NCBI RefSeq assembly: GCF_963921235.1
Contig: NC_086108.1
Span: forward strand, 30,134,001-30,198,000
Source of the DNA: Mobula hypostoma
Lineage: Eukaryota
Direction of reading: 5' to 3'
DNA: 64,000 bases
In this document: piece by piece, positions 23,721 through 37,576 of the stretch
How positions within the stretch are numbered: position 1 is the first letter of the stretch
How the letters are laid out: the number at the start of each line of letters is the position of its first letter
Program-made: the position numbers and the translations under genes
Notes under the pieces: generated by a model
What the model was told of the DNA's origin: nothing
Seen by the model: only the letters and a program-made list of their open reading frames with translations
The model's database searches: none

Positions 23721-26697
23721 TGTTTTCCCTAGGGTGGAGAAGGCGGAGGTAAGACCTGATGTGAGATGCAAAATTGAGAGGCCATGCATAGTGCAGGTGG
23801 TGAGAAAGATTATTTCTAAGTATAGAAGATGATGCTGGTTTAGAATAAGGGGCAAGAGATTTAGAAGGGATTAAGGAAGAAATTTATTTCTCTCAGAAAG
23901 CTGTAACTCTTCATTTGAGGGGATGCCAGAGACAAGTAGTATTAGAACGTTTAAGAAGTATGCAGATGAACCCTTGAACCATGGGTCAAGCTGGAGAAAA
24001 GGACTAGTATAAAGCGGCCTTTCGCAGGTGCACAGACACACTGGACCAAAGGCTCACATTGCATGCTGTGTGACCCTATCATTCTATAAGAAATAGATAC
24101 AGAAATAGACTCTTCAGCCCTCTGTGTCTGTTTTCCATTCAATACTACCAAGACATCTTTTTATCTCAGCTCCACTTCCCAACATTATTTCAATTTTCCT
24201 TGATTCCATAATATCTAAAAGTTTATTGATCGCTGATAGATTACTCTATTTGATTGCCACCTCATCCTACACTGTAAATATTTATTCCTTCCAGCAAGGG
24301 CACAGTTGGCATCCACATGTGCCATCTATAATGAGCTCTCGGAATTCACCAATGTTCCTTCCAGTCCCATGACATTTACTGCCCAGGGTTTCAAGGGCAG
24401 CAGGCAGATGGAAGTACTGTTACCTCTAAGTTCCCCTTCAGTTATTCACCAGCCTGACTTGGTAATATATCAATATACTTCCATTCTTCTGATGTAAGCT
24501 CAGTGCCCAGAAAGATGAACTCAATTTTCTCTCTACAGTTACTCAGCATCACTCCATCAAAATTGAATTACAGAAAGGTATATTTGCTTTACATCACATG
24601 AACTTCCTAATCCTAGTCTTCCTCAGCTTGCTTTTGTCCACACTAAATATTGTCACTTAGGGTAAATATTTGACTATATTTTATGTCAGCACGGAGACAG
24701 ACAAATAATTGTAGCCTGCCAATAGCACGTTTGTGAAAATGTTAGTCTCTAAAAACGGCAATAAAAATAAGAAATATATTGGTTTGACCGTTTGTTATTG
24801 GAACTAACGAAGTTCCAAGTTTTGCTACTCTGCAAAATGTTCCACAAAAAAGGTAGTATTTGCTCTTTTGAGGATGTGCCTTTAATTCGTTGCATTCTGC
24901 GAGACAATGTAATGTCGCCTCTCTTCCTCAGGGTGGCGGTGTTGTTCCTTGGTGCCGATGTGCATGTGCCAAAGTGTTGCTTTATATGAGGGTGATTTCC
25001 ATTCGAAAGACTGGGACTGAACTGCTTAACTGAATTAGCATGCAGGAATCCTAGGCTCCTATATTGTGGTTGATTAGAGACTGTCTTAAAGAAGAGAAAG
25101 CAGGATAGGATATTTCTTGAAAATCAAAAATTTGCAGATGTTTGAAATCTAAAATTTAAAAAACGAAACAGGAAATGCAGAAAATGCTCAGCAGTTAAGA
25201 AGAGAAACAGGGTTAACAGTTCTGGGTCAAAGTCCGAGAGTTGCCTAATTCAATATGCCTCCCGGCATCACAGAAAGTAAACATGCCCCAAGTGACGAAT
25301 TCAACTAAAGAAAACCACAGGTGATGCAATTGAAATTTGCTTAATGTAACTGAAACTTACTTGCCCGACGCCAGCCCCCTAGGCCTGAGTCGACGTAGTA
25401 GTAGTAGTAACTGGAAGTAATTTGGCATACATTTATGGAAAATTCAAAGGCAGCACTTGGCCAAGAATTCTGATGCCTACCACATTTTTCCATCGTATGA
25501 CTTCCGCAGATGATGTAAAAAATAGAGATAACGTCTTCCTGCAACAAGAAATTTAAGCGCTCAGGTTTGAAACACAAGGATTCTTATTTACTCAATTGGG
25601 TTTTACTGAGCATATTCCCCTGAGACTATTCTATTTAAAGGGCCAGCGTACAGGGAGCAGAATTAGGGCTTTTCACACAGTGAGCCCCTCCACCATTCCA
25701 TCATGACTGATTTATTATTCTTCCCGACCCCATTCTCCTGCCTGCTCCCCATAACTTTTGACACCCTTATTAATCAAGAACATATCAGCTGTTTTATATA
25801 AGCCCTGTAAATGCCCTGGCTTGATCACTATTTTTCTCAGCCCACAGAGACACTGCAGAGTGTTACTTACATTTGAGATCCCCCCCCCCCCAGTGTTCAG
25901 TTTTTGTGTTCTTTTGGCGCCCCAAGGGCATTAGACCCTCGGGTTGTTGCTCCGCTAGAGCCATCGACTTGTCTCCTGCCCTGTGTGGAGGGTTAACACT
26001 CCAAGCTATTGCTACACCACTACCAAGTATGCCCACCACTCCATCCCTCACTCTCATTTTGGTCGGTCGGATCACAACCTGACGACTTACAGACAAGGAC
26101 GGAAGCACAAGTCACCAGCGCAGACAATAACACAGCAGAGGTTCGATGAGGGTGAGGCTCAGCCCCAGGACTGAGAGAACATGTTCATAACTACTTCATC
26201 CAGGTTGAATGAGTATAACACTAGTTGTCTCGAGTTCCACTGGGAAATTTTTTGATGACTGTGTACTGTAGGGATAGACCCTATCCTAACCAGGAATAGG
26301 TAAGTGGGGAGATCCATTCTTTGCTCAAGTCCAGATCTAGGGCTATCAGGAAGGAAGATCCCAAACTGTATGAGAAGGTCGAATGAGTTCTCTGTGAAGC
26401 TATCAGGGATGCCAAGAGGGAACGACAGAATATGTTGGAGGCTCAATTCAATCAGGCAATTGTTTTTGACAAGAAAGCAGGAATGTAATCTCCACTGTGT
26501 CCTCATGTACAGAGAGGCTGAGTTCCTCCAGCAGAGTATTTATTGCTGACTGACACCAAAGCCCCTGTGTTCCTAGGACCCTTGTGTATGTCCTTCTGTT
26601 ATTAGTCCTTCTAAACTGCAAAACCACACACATATCCAGATTAAATTCCATCTCCCTTTGCACATTGCATCCAATCAAAACAGTTCAGTGTGTAAAG

Positions 26698-26725
<28 letters not shown>
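26698..26725. repeat. (GA)n microsatellite
   Basis: Direct observation. Confidence 0.95.
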
Positions 26726-26728
<3 letters not shown>

Positions 26729-26854
26729 CCTGCAGAGGGAAAGAGGGAAAGTTATAAAACTACCTAACACTGAAATAATCAAAGAGTTATCAAAAAATAA
26801 TCAAAGATGCACAGGTAACAGTGTGCCAAACATCACAGCGATCGAACATTTATT

Positions 26855-27380
26855 TTAGATTTAGATTAGATTATGAGGACACGCAGTCCTCTTTTATTGT
26901 CATTTAGTAATGCATGCATTGAGAAATGATACAATGTTCCTCCAGAATGATATCACGGAAACACAAGACAAACCAAGACTAAAAAAACTGACAAAAACCA
27001 CATAATTATAACATATAGTTACAACAGTGCAAGGCAATACCATAATTTGATAAAGAACAGACCATGGGCACGGTAAAAAAAAAGTCTGAAGGTCTTTCGA
27101 AGGTCCCATCATCTCACGCAAATGGAAGAAGGAAGAGAAACTCTCTTTCTGCCATGAACCTCCAGCGCCGCAAACTTGCCGATGCAGCACCCTGGAAGGA
27201 CCCGACCACAGCCGACTCTTGAGTCCATCCGAAAACTTCGAGCCTCTGATCAGCCTTCCGACACCGAGCACCGAGCACCATCTCTGCCAAGCGCTTTGAC
27301 TCCAGCCCCGGCCGCCAGCAGCAGGCAAAGCCGAGGATTTGGGGCCTTCCCTCCGGAGATTCTCGATCGCACAGTAGCAG
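26855..27380 (-). mobile_element. Probable retroposon 3' fragment, family unassigned
   Basis: TTAGA-repeat tail followed by tttattgtcat and a CpG-rich body, like other LINE 3' ends in this window. Confidence 0.4.
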
Positions 27381-28134
27381 CCAGAGAGATCTCTCCAATA
27401 TGCTCTGAAATAGTTAAATCTTGGCCAACATGTTTAAGAAGCAGCTTTTCCAGTTGATCTAGTCTTGCCTGCAGAGAGTTACTAGTGCACAGCTTCTCTA
27501 CACTTGAAAGTATTTAGTTGGTTCTAAATTATTAGAGAATATTCTGAGATCATGATGTGCACTGTGCAAATACAAATCTTTTTCTAAATAAGTATATTGT
27601 ATTGTATACTATAGTGTCGACATAACTGCAAATTAAGGGATAACACTAAATAGCCCCTTTTCTGTCTTCCTACACCTCCAGTCATAATATCTTTGTTTTG
27701 CTGCATACCAGAAAGTTAATAAATCAATTTTAGAGTCTGTAAGAATCTGAACCAGTCATTAAATTAACTTATAATTATCTTGTAAGTTATTATTTACTTA
27801 AAAGCGCTCTTCATGCTGAAGAGTATTACTTTTCTCCATATTCAGCTGTCAGATGTGAGCACTAACATCTTCCTTTGTTACTTGTCATTGCATTTTCACT
27901 ACACTTGTGGTATTGGTGCGAAGTGATTTTGTTTCAAGTTAGTGCTAATTTGGATAACATTGCTCTAGTCTAGGTGTGGCCTAAAGAAAGTGGAGCAAAA
28001 TCCTCTAGGTAATGAAATATCTCCTCAAATTCTATGGAACTTCTCTGTCCCCTTGACACTTCTTTGCATCTTTGGGAAATAAAGCTTCCTTGGAGCAACA
28101 CCAGTTATATAAAATCTGTCATAAACCAAGTGGT

Positions 28135-29222
28135 GTGAGTAGTTGATGTCTCAGGCCAAGACACTTCATCAGAACTGGAGAAAAAAAGATGGGAAGTCTG
28201 TGTAAGAATGTGGTGGGGCAGAGGAAGAAATACAATGTAATAGGTGATAGGTGAAACCATGGGCGGGGGGGGGTAAAGTAAAGAGCTAGAAAGTCAAGTG
28301 GTGAAAGAGATAAAAGGCGAGAGAAGAGAAAATCTGATAGGAGAGGACAGAGGGCCACGGAAGAAAGAGAAGGAAGAGCAGCACCAGAAGGAGGTGATAG
28401 GCAGCGAAGTAGATAAGGTGAGAGAGAGAAAAGGGAATGGGGAATGCTGAGGGGGGGAGGGTCATTAACAGAAGTTTGAGAAGTCAATGTTCATGCCCTC
28501 AGGTAGGAGGCTAGCCAGACTGAATATAAGGTGTTGCTCCTCCAACCTGAGTGTGGCCTCATCACAACAGTAGAGGAGGATGGACACATCGGAGTGGGAA
28601 TAGGAAGTGGAATTAAAATGGGAGATCCCACTTTTTCTGGCAGACAGAACATAGGTACTCGGCGAAGCGGTCTTCCAATCTACGTTGGGTCTCAACGATA
28701 CGCAGGAGGCCACAGCATGAGCTCAGGATATATTAGATGACCCCAACAGACTCACAGGTGAAGTGTGGCATAGTGGCATGAACATCAATTTCTCAAACTT
28801 CCTGTAATGGCACCCCTTACCGTTCCCAATTCCCATCACCCTCTCTCACCTTTCCTCCTTACCTGCCCATCATCTCCCTCTGGTGCTCCTCCCCCTTCCC
28901 TTTCTTCCATAGCCTTCTGTCCTCTCCTATCAGATTCCCCCTTCTCCAGCACTTCATCTCTTTCACTTATCAACTTCCCAGGTCTTTACCACACCTCCAT
29001 CCCACTTCCAGTTTCACCTATCACCTACAACCTTGTCTTTCTCCCACCTCTCCCCCCACCTTCTTACTCTGACTTCCCATCCTTTTTCTCCAATTTTGAT
29101 TAAGGGCCCAAAACATCAACTGTTTACTCTTTTCCATAGATACCGCCTGGCCTGCTGAGTTCCTCCAACATTTTGTGTGTGTTGCTTGGATTGACAGCAC
29201 CTGCAGCTTTTCTCTTGTTTGT
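28135..29222. mobile_element. Penelope element in inverted arrangement (minus copy ~28135-28765, plus partial copy ~28775-29222)
   Basis: ORF 28465-28713 HFNSTS..RLEEQHLIF..PEGMNIDFSNF. ggcatgaacatcaatttctcaaactt at ~28775 is an imperfect reverse complement of ~28473-28497. Confidence 0.8.
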
Positions 29223-29469
29223 AGAGTGAGTAGTGCTCTAATCTTGTCTCCTGTTCTTTTCATTTCATGATGAAAGTTAAAGGACATTAATAATTCAACA
29301 GTAAAGGAAGGACAGCAGTATTGGTACAGGAAGATCACTCTGCTAATACGATGGGTGACTTGGCTTGACATGACACTACAGTTCTTGTCAATAACATGTT
29401 CATTCAATTTATTTCATAACTATGAACTTTAGAGTGTTTGTCTACCACTCTGGAGCTTGATAGATGTCA

Positions 29470-30275
29470 GAAGGGTGGTGTAGTGGTTAGCACACTTTAT
29501 ATCACCAACTACCAGGGTTTATTTCCTGCTGGTCTCTGTAAGGAGTTTGTACAGCACTGTGCAAGAGTCTTATGCACATATATATAGCTAGGGTGCCTAA
29601 GACTTTTCAACAGCACTGTATTTGTCAACGTGGAGAGGAAAGCGAGTTTGTAAATCCGGCGAGAGCAAAGAATGTAGGGAATGTGAGGGTGGAGCACCAC
29701 AGGAGAGGTGTGGAATGGTTGGTAGAGAAGGAGTGTCGGGGCAGGAGATGGTGTGGGTATAGACACACCCAGCCCCGAGACACCAGGCAAGGTGATTTGA
29801 TTCCAAACTATTGGTTTATTGATTATTACAGAATGTGCTTCTGCTCCCATCCTTCTTCCTTCCACTTTTCTTAATCATGATTCACCTCTCCCTGCTCCCT
29901 TCCCACTCCGATGTCAGAATCAGGCTTAACATCACTCACATGTGCCATGAAATTTGTTTTTTTTTACGGCAGTAGTACAGAGCAATACATAAAATTACGA
30001 CAGTACTGTGCAAAAGCTTTAGGCACCCTAGCTATGTATACTGTAAATGCCTAAGACTTTTACATAGTATTGTACATCCTCCCCGTAACTCAGTAGGTTT
30101 CCACCCGGTTCTCCGGTTTCCTCCCACATTCCAAAGATCTACCAGTTGGTAGGTTAATTATTCATGGTAAATTGTCCCTTGATTAGGCCAGGATTAAATT
30201 GGGGGTTGCTGGTTGGCACAGCTCAAAGGGCCAGAAGGGCCTATTCCAAACTGTATCCCAATAAATAAATACATT
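29470..30275 (+). mobile_element. V-SINE-like SINE interrupted by a composite non-autonomous element (~29552-30073)
   Basis: tRNA-like head ggtgtagtggttagcac at ~29477 and core ccggtttcctcccacattccaaaga at ~30113. The insert is bounded by two mini-palindromes. Confidence 0.55.
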
Positions 30276-30449
30276 AAAAGAAGGGTTTAGGAATTAAATG
30301 CATCATGTGGGACACCAGTCACATGCAGAGCAGACTGAGTAGGGATGTAACACACTGCCCTAAAGGACATCATCTAATTTTCACAGTTTTTTTTCTGGTC
30401 CAAACTTAGTTGGTCAAATTGGTTTCAAGATAGAATTTAAACTCCTTTC

Positions 30450-32720
30450 CCTAAGAACGTAAGATATAGCAGCAGAATTAAGACAGTTGTCCCATTGAGT
30501 CTGCCCTGCCATTTCATCATGACTGATCCATTTTTCCTCCCAATCTCCAGCTTTCTCCCCATATTCCTTCATGCCAAGACCAATCAAGAATCTATTGACC
30601 TCTGCCTTAAATATACATAAAGATTTGGCCTCCACAGGCTGCTGTGGCAAAGAATTCCATAGATTCACCTCTCTCTGGCTGAAGAAGTTCCTTTCTCATC
30701 TGCATTCTAGAAGGATGCCCCTCCATTCTGTGGCTGTAGACTCTCCCACCATAGCAAACATCCTCTCCACAACCACTCCATCAAGGCCTTTCACCGTTCG
30801 ATAGCTTCAATTAGGTCACCCCTCATTCTTCTGAATTCGAGTGAATACAGGCCCTGAGCCATCAAATGCTCTTCATATGACAATCTGTTCAATCCTGGAA
30901 TTATTTTTGTGAACCTCCTATGAACCCTCTCCAGTTTCAGCACATCCTTTCTAAGATAAGGGGCCCAAACTGCTTACAATACTCTAGGAGAGACCTCCCA
31001 ACACAGATCTCTGTGGAACACCATTAGGCACTGGTAGCCATCCAGAAAAGGCTCCCTTCATTCCCAATCTTTACCTCCTGCCAATCAGCCACTGCTTTAT
31101 CAATTCTGGAATCTTTCCTGTAATAGCATGGGCTTGTAACTTGTTAAGAAGCCTCATGTGTGGCACCTTCTCAAAGGCCTTCTGAAAATCCAAGTAAGTC
31201 AATCGATTCTCCTTTGTCTATCCTGCTTGTTAATTCTTCATAGAATTCCAACAGATGTGACAGGCAAAATTTTCCCTTGTGGAAACTGTGTTGACTATGG
31301 TCTAGTTTATCATGTGCCTTCAAGAATCCTGAGACCTCATCTTTACTAATCAACTCCATCATCTTCCCAACCACTGCGGTAAGACTAACTGGCTTATAAT
31401 TTCCTTTCTTCTATCTTTCTCCCTTCTTGAAGAGTGGAGTGACATTTGCAATTTTCCAATTTCCAGAACCATTCCAGAATCTAGTGATTCTTGAAAGATC
31501 ATCACTAACATCTCCACAATCTCTTCAGCCATTTCTTTCAGAGCCCATCTGGTCCAGGTAATTTATCTACTTTCAGACCTTTCAGTTTCCCAAGAACCTT
31601 CTCTCTAGAAATGGTAACTTCACACACTTCATGTTCCCTGAAACCTAGAGTGTCCATCATACAGTTAGTGTCTTCCACAGTGAAGACTGATGCAAAATAG
31701 TTTTTCAATTCATCTGCCATTTCCTTGTCCTCCATTACCAACTCTCCAGCATTGTATTTCAGCAGTCTGATGTCCACCCACCTCTCTTTTATACTTCATG
31801 TATGTGAAGAAACTTTTGGTATCCTCTTTAATATCATTGGCTAGCTTACTTTTGTATTCTATCTTTACCTTCTTAATTATGTTTTTAGTCACCTTGTTGT
31901 TTTTTTAAAAGTGTCCCAATCCTCTAACTTTCCACTAAATTTTGCTCTATTTTGCTCTCTGGCTTTTATGTTAGCTTTGACTTCCCTTGTTGGTCCACGG
32001 TTGTGTCATACTTATTCTTCTTTGGGATGTATATATCCTGTGCCTTCCGAGTTGCTTCCAGAAATTCAAGCTATTACTGCTCTGTCAGCATCCCTGCCAG
32101 TGTTCTTTTCCAATCAATTCAGACCATCTCCTCTCTCGTGCCTCTTTAATTCCCTTTACTCCACTGTAATGCTGATACATCTGACTTTAGCTTCTCCTAC
32201 TCAAAATTTCAGGGTGAATTTGATCATATTACTATCTCATCCAGCCACCTCATCTTCAGAACTATCACTCCACTTCCCATCCCCCTGCCAATTTAGTTTA
32301 AACCCTCATGAACAACTATAGCTAACCCTGCCCGCAAGGATATTGAACCCCCTCTGGTTCAGGTGTAACCTGCCCCTTTTGTACAGGTCATTCCGTCTCT
32401 AGAAGAGATCCCAATGATACATAAATCTAAACCCCTTCCTCCTGCACCTGGTCTTCAGCTGCACATTCACCTGCCAAATCTATTTCTACCCTCTGTGGCA
32501 TGTGGCACATGCAGCAATCCAGAGATGACTACCCTGGAGGTCCTAGCTTTCTATCTAGCTCCCTAAAATCTCTCGTCAGGACCTCCTCACCTTGTCTACC
32601 TATGTCATTGGTACCAATATGTACCAAGACCTCTGGCTGCTCACCCTCATCTTGAGAATGCCATGGATCTGATCTGAGACATCCCTGATACTGGCACTAA
32701 AACATACCATCCAGATGTCT
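30450..32720 (-). mobile_element. CR1 LINE ORF2 with internal deletions
   Basis: KVDKLPGPDGL (31538-31777), SQHSFHKGKFCL (31171-31374), NLWNSLPQ (30414-30668). Same family as 9230-11000. Confidence 0.88.
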
Positions 32721-32959
32721 CTATTGCTCCCGCAGGATCTCATCATGTTATTTATGTTCTGACAGAATTACAAATGTGCATTTCAACACTGCATTGATGC
32801 CAAATATCAACTGTTTGAAAATCTGATCATTAGCAACCTTTTGCAATCTTACGAAGGTAGATTCTGGAAAGATGACAAGATGTGAGTAACTTAATTTGAC
32901 TTAATTCCTAATATTGAATGCAACCTCCTTAGTATCAGAAGATTGGACATTTGTTAGAC

Positions 32960-33735
32960 GCATACAGAAAGTTTTCTTAGAAAAATAATGTAGAAAGTCC
33001 AACCAGGGAAGGGGCTCTGCTAAAACTTGCATTAGGAAAAGTAGATGGGCTAATTGGTAAGTGTGCAGATCACACAAAAATTGTTAGAGTTGTCTTTAAC
33101 CAGGAAGGCTGTTAAAGGATACAGCAGGGTATATATGTTAGAAATATGGGTGGAAAAATGGTAGATAATTCAATCCAGACCAATATGAGGTGTTGCACTT
33201 GGAGAAGTCAAATGTAAGAGAAAATCACACAGTGAATGGCAGAATCTTAGGGACATTGATGTACGGGGTCTTGGGGTGCAAGTTCCTAGCTCCCTGAAAA
33301 GTGTTTCTGTGGTAAAGAAGGGTTATGGCATGCTTGCCTTCATTAGGTTGCAGTACTGAGTATAAAAGTTGACATGTCATGTTGCAACTATGTAAGACCT
33401 CGGTTGAGACACCGTTGGAGTATTCTGTACGGTTCTGGTCAACACACTACAGGAAGGATATGCAGGTTTTGGAGAGGATGTAGAGGAGGTTCTCCGGGGC
33501 ATTTCCCGGATTAGAGAGTATGAGCTATCTGCAAAGTTTAGACAGACTTAGCTTGTTTTCTTTGGAGTGTCAGAGGCTGAAGGGGTAACCTGATCGAAGT
33601 TTGCAAAATTATGAGAGGCATAAATAGAGCAGATAGTCAACAACATTTTTCTCAAGGTGGAAATCTCAAATACTGGAGGGCATGGCTTTAAGATGGGGGG
33701 TGGGAGAGTTTAAGGGAGATTTACAAGGCAAATCA
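32960..33735 (+). mobile_element. Old CR1 fragment
   Basis: Nucleotide similarity to the other CR1 3' regions (gaggtgttgcactt, ggcatgcttgccttcatt). Confidence 0.7.
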
Positions 33736-33851
33736 CGCAAGAGCCAGCAAAAGAGGTGAGGATTGAATCCAGTTCAGTGGAGGAGTGAGACAGCAGCTCC
33801 ACCAGCTGTACAACTGTGTTCCCCCATTTTGTAGGTCAGGTCCCATTAGAC

Positions 33852-33932
33852 CAGAGGTTCCCAACCTTTTTTTATGTCAGGGACCAACACCATTAAGCAA
33901 GGGGTCCGTGGACTCCAGGTTGCGAACCCCTG
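33852..33932. mobile_element. 81-bp hAT-type MITE
   Basis: CAGAGGTTCCCAACC...GGTTGCGAACCCCTG with an 8-bp TSD CATTAGAC/CATTAGAA (one mismatch). Confidence 0.8.
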
Positions 33933-34999
33933 CATTAGAAAGATGTCTTGTCTGGAACAGGCGGTTGGAGAACAAAGCAACAGGAGTCAGTGTTAACTTG
34001 CTGGGACAGGTCGTATATTTTAGTACCGCTGTTCATTTCTCTGTGATTGCATATGATTGTGGTTTCTGGCGAGAATAATGGAGAAAGTATCAGCCCTGAA
34101 TATTTTTCATAGTGTTCAGCAAGACCAGCTTCCAAAATGCACACATGCCCAACCTTTGAAGTCAACAAGCTGTCCTGTCCCTCTAAAGTCTAGACATTCC
34201 AAAGCACATGCTTTACTGGGGCTGGTGGGTCTTCTCATAATACCTGAGCAATAAATGTGAACATTCACAACTCTCCTGAACTAGTGACTAGAATAACAAC
34301 AAGCATTCTTAAGATCAGTCTGTTGGCCAGAAAGAACTACAGTCTACAGTGAATTTGAATGAATCAAGGACAGTGGAAGGAGACAGACCGATTGCCTTTG
34401 TTCTTGCCATGAGGTCGAAGGAATGGAGGCTGACATTTTATGAAGTGGCGCTGTCCTCCATTTTGTGAACTTAAGTTGCTTTGCTTGATCAGTGTTTCAA
34501 AGTAGTCACAATGATGCTCCAGGTAATCTGCTGAACTAGAGCTCACCTCCAATTGTGAGGTGTCCTTTGATATCATATAACATGCAGGTTTGTGAACGTT
34601 GGGGTCTGTGCCTGCTCTGAGTGATTCAAGCTGGTTACTGAAGAGAACCAGGATCCATAAACTTCCTGTTGTCACTTATGAAAAGAAGGGAAATAAATTG
34701 ATGCTGGTTTGCACCAGAGCCAATAAGAGATCAGTCAGGTGACCCGTAGCCAATAACACTGAAATGCAACATTTGAATTGGTAAGAGATGAATATCAAAG
34801 CAGATGCTTTGAGTGAGATGGCAACAGTAACTCTCCAGCCATCAGGGACTAACGGTTGCAGATGAGGAGTGCCCCACAGACATGTTCTGTGGAGATTCAG
34901 AATGGGATCTTGAGAAGTACATGGCCAATTTTAAATTCCTCAGTGTTATCAGTTCAGAGGATCTGTTCTGGGTCCAAGCACATAAGTGGCAAAAGGGTG

Positions 35000-35315
35000 C
35001 ATGGAAATGCCTCTCTTTTCATAGAAGTTTGTCAATGTTCAGCATAACACCTAAAACTTTCAAAAACTTCTCTTGATGTGTGGTGAAGAGTTTATTGACT
35101 GGTTGTATCACAGACTGGTTTGGAAACTCTGCTGCCCTTGAAAAAGAAGCCTTTAAAAAGTTGTGGATACAGCCAAGTCCATCATTGATAAAGTCCTCCC
35201 CACCACTGAGAACATCTACAGGGAGCTCTGTTGTAGGCAAGCGGCATCCACCATCAAGGACCCCCAGCATCCAGGCCATGCTCTCTTCTCACTGCTGCCA
35301 TCAGGAAGGAGGTAA
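35000..35315 (+). mobile_element. Rex1/Babar-like LINE fragment
   Basis: VKSLLTGCITDWFGN in ORF 35080-35367. Confidence 0.65.
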
Positions 35316-35319
35316 AGGA

Positions 35320-36255
35320 GCTCCCAGTGGTGTCCGCAGGGATCAATGTTGGGATATCTATAAATGATTTTCACAAGTAAATAAGTGGTCTGATTAACAT
35401 TACTGCAGATGACACAGAAATTGTTGGCGCTACAGACAATGAAGAAAGGTTATCAAATATACATCATGAAATGGATCATTTGAAATATGGGCTGATAAAT
35501 GGTAGGGGTCTTTAGTCCAGCATGAGAAGTTGCATTTTTGGAAGTGAAAGGTAAGAGGAAAATGTAGAGTAAATACAGGACCATTAGGATGCAGTGATAT
35601 ACAGGGGGATCTTGGGGCGTAAGTGCGTAGATCACTGCAAGTAGTAACACAAACGGATGGGGTGGTAAAGGAGGCATAAGGCATGCTTGTCTTCATTGAT
35701 CAGGGTACTTAATATAAAACGGCAAATTGTATTGAAGTTGTATAAAATAGATTAGGGTATTTGGAGTATTGTTCAACAGATTTCAGGAAGGATATGGAGA
35801 CTTTGTAGAGGGTGCAGAAGAACGTTACGAGGTTGTTGTCTGGATTAGAGAGTATTAAATATAAGGGGAGGTTGGACAGACTTGGATTGATTTTTTTGGA
35901 ATGTCAGATGCTGAGAGACGACTTAACTGCAGTACATAAAATTATGAGAGTCTCTTCTTTCCCATGTAAAATTGTAAAATATGAGAGAACATGGCTTTAA
36001 GGCGAGAGGGAGAAAGTTAAATGGAGACTTAAAGGGCAAATATATTTACACAGAGTAGTAGGTTCCTGGAATCTACTACCAGGGCAAATGGTAGAAACAG
36101 ATACACTGAGAACATGTCAGAAGCATTTGAACAAGGATCGGAGAAACATGGATCTTGTGTAAACAGTGCCATTAGTTTAGATTGGCATTATGGTCAATAC
36201 AGCCATTAGGGGACACAGGCTCTGTTCCTCTCCTATACTGTTCTGTGTTCTATTA
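35320..36255 (+). mobile_element. Old CR1 fragment
   Basis: gcagatgacac (ADDT) motif and VQKNVTRLLSGLE...LDRLGL. Confidence 0.72.
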
Positions 36256-37576
36256 GGGTCAGTATGCAAAATAGGCTAAGTAAGTAACCCACCTTTCCTT
36301 TAGCACTTTTAAGATTACTTTGGGTTTTTATTTCGGAGTTTGAATGCAGGGTCTCTTAGTGAACCGTACTTGACTTACCACTTACTTTTCATTGTGTCTT
36401 GCTTCCTCCCACTTCATCCCATGTTCATGAAGGCAAGGGGAGAGAGCAGAGAGCAGAGTGAGCGAGGATGAGAAATGGGCTAAAAATAGTACAATTCAGG
36501 CCAAAATAGGAATGAACCATGAAGCAACTCAATTTGACGTTTAGATGAAAAGCAGCATCATTTGGCAGAATCTACCAAATCTTTTTAAATAAAATAAACA
36601 ATATCTAGCTGTATTTTTTCAGACCATCCCACTTACTTGCTGAATGTCGTGTCCCAGGACCCCTCTGTAGTCCTGAATGAAGTGCTATTAATCTTGCTAT
36701 GTGGCAGTGTTGTGAACCATCTCATAGTTCCAAGAACTAAAATAAGTCCTAATACAGTGGTACATTTTTCTTTCACCAGATTGTGAATATGTACCCCCGC
36801 GTCACATCTTGATTTATTATGGCATCAAGAAGCTCCAAAATCATTCTAACTTAATTTTAAAATAATCCTTATGAGTGTACTGAGAATTTAGCTCCATATT
36901 TACATTTCAAAGGGTGGAAATTGTTAACAAATTTTAATCTTTTGTTCATCTATACCCATCCTTGCTGAACTTTGAGGGACTGATAACTTGACAGTTGTGT
37001 TTTCTAAAGATGCTTTTAATAGTGTTTCCATATCTTTTTGATATCACGGCACAAAATGTCATCCAAAAGTAACTACAAATTAATGGTGTATTAAGGAATA
37101 TGTGACCTTACAATGTTTAATATTTGGGTTAGTTGACTTATTGTCCTAACTGAGTATGGCTTCTGATCAGTTCACATATGGAGTTAAATTCTTGCAGTTA
37201 ATTATAAATTCAGAAGCTCAAGAAGTGTTAAATGTTTTTATTCTTGTTCTACACGGATGCTGTCTGTTCATTTTTCTGCAACATTTTCTCTTTATGTTTG
37301 TTTTCAGCAGCAGATATAACTTTATTTAGCTTCTTTGCACACTCACCTACATTGAAATTTAATTTCACAGTGGGTTACAGAAGCAAAGCATCACTGGTTT
37401 AGTAATTTTAAAGTCATTTTGTGTTTTAACCAAATGCTTCTTAGTATTTAGATTACAAAAGGCATAGAGTCATAGAACACTACAACACAGAAACAGGCCC
37501 TTCGGCCCATCTGTTCTCTGCCAAATCATTAATCTGCCTCGTTTCATTGACCTGCACGCAGACCATAGCCTTCATA

